Source: Planctomycetota bacterium
GTDB lineage: Bacteria; Planctomycetota; JAFGQW01
Length of the DNA stretch: 64,000 bases
Reading direction: 5' to 3'
NCBI GenBank assembly: GCA_016935485.1
Contig: JAFGQW010000216.1
Location: 14,649-78,648, forward strand
The notes below the pieces were generated by a model. The model was not told the origin of the DNA, made no database searches, and saw only the letters and a list, made by a program, of their open reading frames with translations. Both the position numbers and the translations under genes were made by a program. Shown here piece after piece: positions 60,157 to 64,000 of the stretch. Every line of letters begins with the position of its first letter. Within the stretch, counting starts at the first letter, position 1.

Positions 60157-61943
60157 CAAAAGACCTCCCGCAGACCTTCCTCGAAGAATCCACCGGGCCA
60201 AGCCTTGACGAGCTCGCCGCGCTCGTTCAAGGGCATCTCGCGCACGATGCTCCTTGGCCCGTCCGGCTCCACGAAGAGCACCATGACGTGCTCGGGACGC
60301 ACCGCTGGCACACCCGCCGGCAGCTTGCCGTCACTCGTCTCCCGCATGCGCCGCATGATGCGCAGGAGCAGGTGCTCGCTGTGGCTCTCGATGAGCAGCG
60401 TGTTCCCCCCTTCGCCCAGGGCCGCACCGAGGAACACGTCCCCGAGCTCGGCCTGCAGCGCGGGATGCAGGTGGATCTCGGGCTGCTCGATCGCAAGGAG
60501 TTTGCTCTTCGAGGCGTAGGCGGCGACCAGCACCGGCAACACCTGACTGACCCCGATGCCGACGTCCCGGTGACTCACGGTCGTGCCGGTGCGCTTGTCG
60601 ATAAGCACGAGGTCCTGGAGCGTCTCGGACCGCGACTCGATCATCTCCTTCGCCCATCGCTCCGAGAGCGCCTCGGTGTCCGCGGCGCCGGCAACCAGAT
60701 CCTCGATCTCCGGGACCGTGTCGTCCGGATCGTCGGGGTCGAGCTCGCCGAGGCGCTCCGCCACCTCGCCGGCCAGCGCGGTCAGGTCGGCCCCCTTGTC
60801 CCCGTGCAGTCGTCCAAGGAGCGCAGCGGCGAAATCGTGCAGCGCCTTGCCGAGCTTGGACGGCAGCTCGCCTGCGACGGCCGGCGCGGGCAGCAGGTCG
60901 CGCACTTCGAGCTCGTAGGGGGTCTTGAGGCGGCTTGCATCCCCGAGCCAGGTGTTCACCAGTCGGCGGACATTCTCGCGGGTGCGGACCACGTCCCAGG
61001 CGTAGCCTCCGCCGGCGAACCAGTTGGGATCGTGGTGCTGCGAGAACGCCAGGTGCCGGGCCGGGTAGGAGCGCAGCGGCCCCAGGTAGCGCAGCCGACG
61101 GATCTCCTCTTCGACAGCCACCCCGAGCCCACCGACCAGCTCGCGCAGCGCCTTGGGAAGGAAGAGGCGAGCCGCGCGCGCGAGGTCCTCTCGACGGCGG
61201 CCGCGGCTCACGGGCACGAACGCTTCCTCGTGTTGCCGCTCCGACTCGCCCACAGCGGGCTCCTCCTCGATGCGCGGGAAGAGACCTTCGGCACTCGCCG
61301 TGATGCCGGGGACGAGGCCGTCGAGCACCTCGCCCATCGCGGCGTAGTCCTCCGCGCGGACCTCCTGCGTCGTCGTGGCCAGCATGAGCAGGCCGCGGAG
61401 GACCTCACGGAAGACCGGGTGGGCGTGGTCGAGCCGATCCAGGCGCAGCAGGCCCCCTGCCCGCGCGCTCATGGAGAGGAGCGGCGCCCCGTCCACCTCG
61501 ATCACGAAGCGCTCTACCCGGGCGCCCCCCTCCGGGTCGCGCACTCGATCCAGGTCCCCGAAGAGCGTTCGCTGCTCACTCGTGAACCCCGCCCCGATCG
61601 CCAGCTCCACGACCACCCCACGGGCCGAGCGCAGGAGCTCCGCAACCCGGCCGGAGAGGCGCCCCGGGTCGACCTCGAACGCCAGCTCCACCTGCCGTTC
61701 ACGCTGGCGCCGGTGGACATACTGCCGGAACCCGCCGAGATCGATCGACTCGCCGCCGATCTGCGTGCGCTGCGTGTCGAGTTCGCCCGTCTCGACCGCG
61801 TGGTGCGCGAGCGCGAGCGCGTGCAGGATGCTCGACTTGCCCGCGCTGTTGGCGCCGTAGACGAGCGTGATCGGACGAAGCGGCACGCGCTGCGCGCTCG
61901 CGAAGGCCTTGAAGTTGGCGATGCGGAAGGCGGTGAGGGTCAT
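60156..61943 (-). CDS. AAA_15/AAA_21-type ABC ATPase with DUF3696-like C-terminal tail (AbiLi/AriA/PtuA-like defence ATPase)
   Basis: Start at Met 67 of the track ORF. Walker A YGANSAGKSS. ABC signature-like LLAIEQPEIHLHPALQ. H-loop ESHSEHLL. Short C-terminal tail PLNERGELVKAWPGGFFEEGL with no nuclease domain. ATGA overlap with the upstream OLD-family gene. Confidence 0.8.
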   Translation of the reverse strand: MTLTAFRIANFKAFASAQRVPLRPITLVYGANSAGKSSILHALALAHHAVETGELDTQRTQIGGESIDLGGFRQYVHRRQRERQVELAFEVDPGRLSGRVAELLRSARGVVVELAIGAGFTSEQRTLFGDLDRVRDPEGGARVERFVIEVDGAPLLSMSARAGGLLRLDRLDHAHPVFREVLRGLLMLATTTQEVRAEDYAAMGEVLDGLVPGITASAEGLFPRIEEEPAVGESERQHEEAFVPVSRGRRREDLARAARLFLPKALRELVGGLGVAVEEEIRRLRYLGPLRSYPARHLAFSQHHDPNWFAGGGYAWDVVRTRENVRRLVNTWLGDASRLKTPYELEVRDLLPAPAVAGELPSKLGKALHDFAAALLGRLHGDKGADLTALAGEVAERLGELDPDDPDDTVPEIEDLVAGAADTEALSERWAKEMIESRSETLQDLVLIDKRTGTTVSHRDVGIGVSQVLPVLVAAYASKSKLLAIEQPEIHLHPALQAELGDVFLGAALGEGGNTLLIESHSEHLLLRIMRRMRETSDGKLPAGVPAVRPEHVMVLFVEPDGPRSIVREMPLNERGELVKAWPGGFFEEGLREVF

Positions 61944-63628
61944 CGGGCCATCTCCACGGCCTTCTCGATGGGGTCGCGAAGCACGCCCGGGAGCTGCTCC
62001 GGCGTCACCCCAGCAATCCACTCGAAGGCACGGTCGATCTTCTCGCTCTCCTCGCGCGGCAGACCCAGCTCTGACTCCAAGTCCGGCTTGGCCCAGAAGA
62101 GTGCGCCCTCCTGGCAGGCAAGCTCCGTATCCCGGTTCCACCGTTCGTGCTTCCGGTTCCGGTCGGCTTCTTCGTTCTGACGCTTGTCACTCCACGACGC
62201 ATCGATGTCCCTCACGTCGTGGTCGGCCAACACGACAAACGGAATCTCCATTGCCTGGCAGACTTTCGCAAACAGCGGGATCTTTGTCTTTCCGCCGACC
62301 TCCACGACGGAGATTCCGAGCCGGTTTGGATCGTGCCCCATCTTCTGGAACACAGGCGGGAGCAGCACCTTTTCCGTGGCACCCTCCACAAGGAGAACGC
62401 TGCGTGCGAAGAAGAGCTCGTTACGCTGGGCGTCGAACTCGGTCATGAGCCGCAGCGCCTTTCGCTCGTCCTCGGCGAGGGCGGCCTTGGCGGCCTGCTT
62501 CACCGTCGTCCCCTCGACTTCGTTTCGGCGTACGAGCGCGATCGATTCGGGCCGGTCGAGCTGCACGAAGATGGGCGAGTGCGTGGTGAGGAAAACTTGG
62601 TTTCCCTTCTCGCTGAGACCCCTCAGAACCCTCGCGAAGTACCGCGCGCGATGCGGGTGGAGGAACACCTCCGGCTCTTCCAGGGCGAAAACCGCGCCCT
62701 CGCGCTTCAACTCCTCGTAGGTCCGGAACAGGGCGACGACGATGGCGCTCTGAAGCCCCGCGCCCACCTCGCCGGCCGGGCTGGTGATGCCCATCTGCTC
62801 GACGTAGAGCTGGAGCGAACGGAACGCATTCGTGGGATCGTGGCTCTCGAAGTGCAGCTCGACCTTGTGCCGTGCGGGGTCGAGCCCCATCTGCTCCACC
62901 GCGTTGGCGGCCAGCTTCTGCTCGATCTCGACGAAGCCGTCTGTGCGAAGATAGGTGTAGGCGTCCTTCACCGCAGACTCGAAGGCTTGCCGCCGCGTCA
63001 TCTGCGCGACGCTGCCGTCGGGCTTCTTGACCTCGACCTTCGTCTTGTCGTTCAGGAAGGCGGTGTTCACCTCGTTGAGGAGCCGACGCAGAACCGACCA
63101 GCGGCTGGTGGGGCCGTGGCGGTCGTACTCCCGCTGGACGCCGACGTAGATCAGCGGAAGCCGATCTCGCAACTCCCGGGTGACTCGGAAGGGCAACCAT
63201 GGCCCCCTGGGCTTCTTTCCCTTTTGAAGCGGCTCGCCGGGGTACTGCACCTGCTTGCCGTTCGGCTGGATGCAGTAGTAGTCGGTCGTGAGTGTGCCCG
63301 CCGGCTTCTGGCCCACCTTGCGCTTGTAGGCCTTGCAGCGGAGTTCGATTCCCCCGATCTCCAGCTTGCGGTTGTTGCGCCACTCCTCCATCGTTTCGTG
63401 GAAGAACACCTGAATGACGATGTCGTTGCTCGTGTCCTGGTTGTGGAAGTCCTCTTCCGAGAAGCTCCGCTCTGTCGGCCACATCTCGCCAAGCGCCAGA
63501 TTCAAGGCGCGCAGGATGTTCGACTTCCCGGAGTTGTTCTCACCGATCAGCACGCAGTACCGACCCGGCTCGAAGTCGAGCCTCTTGATCGACCGGAAGT
63601 TCTCGATGTGGATCCGCTTCATCTGCAT
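61940..63628 (-). CDS. OLD-family ATP-dependent endonuclease (N-terminal ABC ATPase + C-terminal TOPRIM), GajA-like
   Basis: Walker A IGENNSGKSN. Signature ALEEPEVFLHPH. H-loop LTTHSPIF. C-terminal TOPRIM with catalytic Glu in LLVEGATEKVLLP and DxD in VVLADHDVRD. 562 aa, the size of Gabija GajA / P2 Old. Confidence 0.85.
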   Translation of the reverse strand: MQMKRIHIENFRSIKRLDFEPGRYCVLIGENNSGKSNILRALNLALGEMWPTERSFSEEDFHNQDTSNDIVIQVFFHETMEEWRNNRKLEIGGIELRCKAYKRKVGQKPAGTLTTDYYCIQPNGKQVQYPGEPLQKGKKPRGPWLPFRVTRELRDRLPLIYVGVQREYDRHGPTSRWSVLRRLLNEVNTAFLNDKTKVEVKKPDGSVAQMTRRQAFESAVKDAYTYLRTDGFVEIEQKLAANAVEQMGLDPARHKVELHFESHDPTNAFRSLQLYVEQMGITSPAGEVGAGLQSAIVVALFRTYEELKREGAVFALEEPEVFLHPHRARYFARVLRGLSEKGNQVFLTTHSPIFVQLDRPESIALVRRNEVEGTTVKQAAKAALAEDERKALRLMTEFDAQRNELFFARSVLLVEGATEKVLLPPVFQKMGHDPNRLGISVVEVGGKTKIPLFAKVCQAMEIPFVVLADHDVRDIDASWSDKRQNEEADRNRKHERWNRDTELACQEGALFWAKPDLESELGLPREESEKIDRAFEWIAGVTPEQLPGVLRDPIEKAVEMAR

Positions 63629-63631
63629 CGC

Positions 63632-64000
63632 TCACTCGGTGGCCAACGCCTTTGCCTGCTGCTCCATCTCCTGGAGCAACTCTCTCATGTGCGCCTCGCG
63701 CCAGGAGGCGGTGAGGGCGCCGGAGAACGCCCAGCTCATCAGATTTGCCAAAAGCCGATCAAGTGCCGCCGCCGCGCGACGTCGCCTCTCTACGCACGGT
63801 TCGAGTTCCCGCAAGCGCTCTGCGAACCCCTGCTGAAGAGGGAGAGGCGGGAAGAGCGCGGGAAGGCCTCGCAGCTCAGTAGCATTGATGTTCGCCATTC
63901 CCACGGCGCGGCGGGCTTTGTTCGCCAGGAGCATCTTAATGAAAGAGCTGTTCATCAGGGCCCACACGTACTCGGGCAGAGCCTTGGCTGGATCGACGCG
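63632..64000 (-). CDS. hsdS: type I restriction-modification specificity subunit HsdS, C-terminal part (gene continues beyond window end)
   Basis: ...LPALFPPLPLQQGFAERLRELEPCVERRRRAAAALDRLLANLMSWAFSGALTASWRE... matches the conserved HsdS distal repeat (PLPPLxEQ ... FSGxLT..WR). Stop is 3 nt before the OLD-family gene start. Confidence 0.6.
   Translation of the reverse strand, partial: RVDPAKALPEYVWALMNSSFIKMLLANKARRAVGMANINATELRGLPALFPPLPLQQGFAERLRELEPCVERRRRAAAALDRLLANLMSWAFSGALTASWREAHMRELLQEMEQQAKALATE

Overview
This is a high-GC (about 70%) bacterial chromosomal segment with dense coding on both strands. Many of the long ORFs in the supplied track are antisense shadows of real genes, so calls below are based on recognisable protein families; start coordinates inside a track ORF were set by counting codons from the ORF end.

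Gene content from 5' to 3':
1. A minus-strand Mrp-type multisubunit cation/proton antiporter-like cluster (mrpE, F, G, a separate MnhB-domain gene, mrpB, C, two mrpD paralogs, a small membrane protein, and an mrpA/NuoL-like gene cut by the window start). It is preceded by sppA and a secreted HEAT-repeat protein.
2. Housekeeping genes: bactofilin, metG, acs, gdhA and a redoxin.
3. A complete group 3b (sulfhydrogenase-type) [NiFe] hydrogenase operon, hydBGDA, followed by the maturation protease, hypA, hypB and a POT-family transporter.
4. A block of secreted proteins: a DUF4139 protein, a type-B carboxylesterase, a gingipain-like C25 peptidase, and an unknown protein.
5. nhaA, a pfk-glgP operon, apbE, ggt, and a TolC-MacA-MacB tripartite efflux operon.
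6. From about 50.4 kb to the window end, an accessory/defence-island-like stretch: gene remnants (an orphan Tat signal peptide and a short methyltransferase), a VapBC-like RHH/PIN pair, a Fic protein, an SbcCD-like nuclease/ATPase pair, two unknown genes, and a tightly coupled three-gene module (OLD-family ATPase-TOPRIM nuclease, an AAA/DUF3696-type ABC ATPase, and a 316-aa unknown protein) sitting directly downstream of a partial type I R-M hsdS gene.

The most interesting candidate is that three-gene OLD-nuclease / second ABC-ATPase / unknown-partner module, which does not match the canonical Gabija (OLD + UvrD helicase) layout.

Separately, a family of GC-rich REP-like tandem repeats occurs at six 3' intergenic sites. 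At three of them it is joined to an array of CACGAAG heptamer repeats, forming a roughly 330-bp composite element.

No rRNA, tRNA or CRISPR array was recognised.
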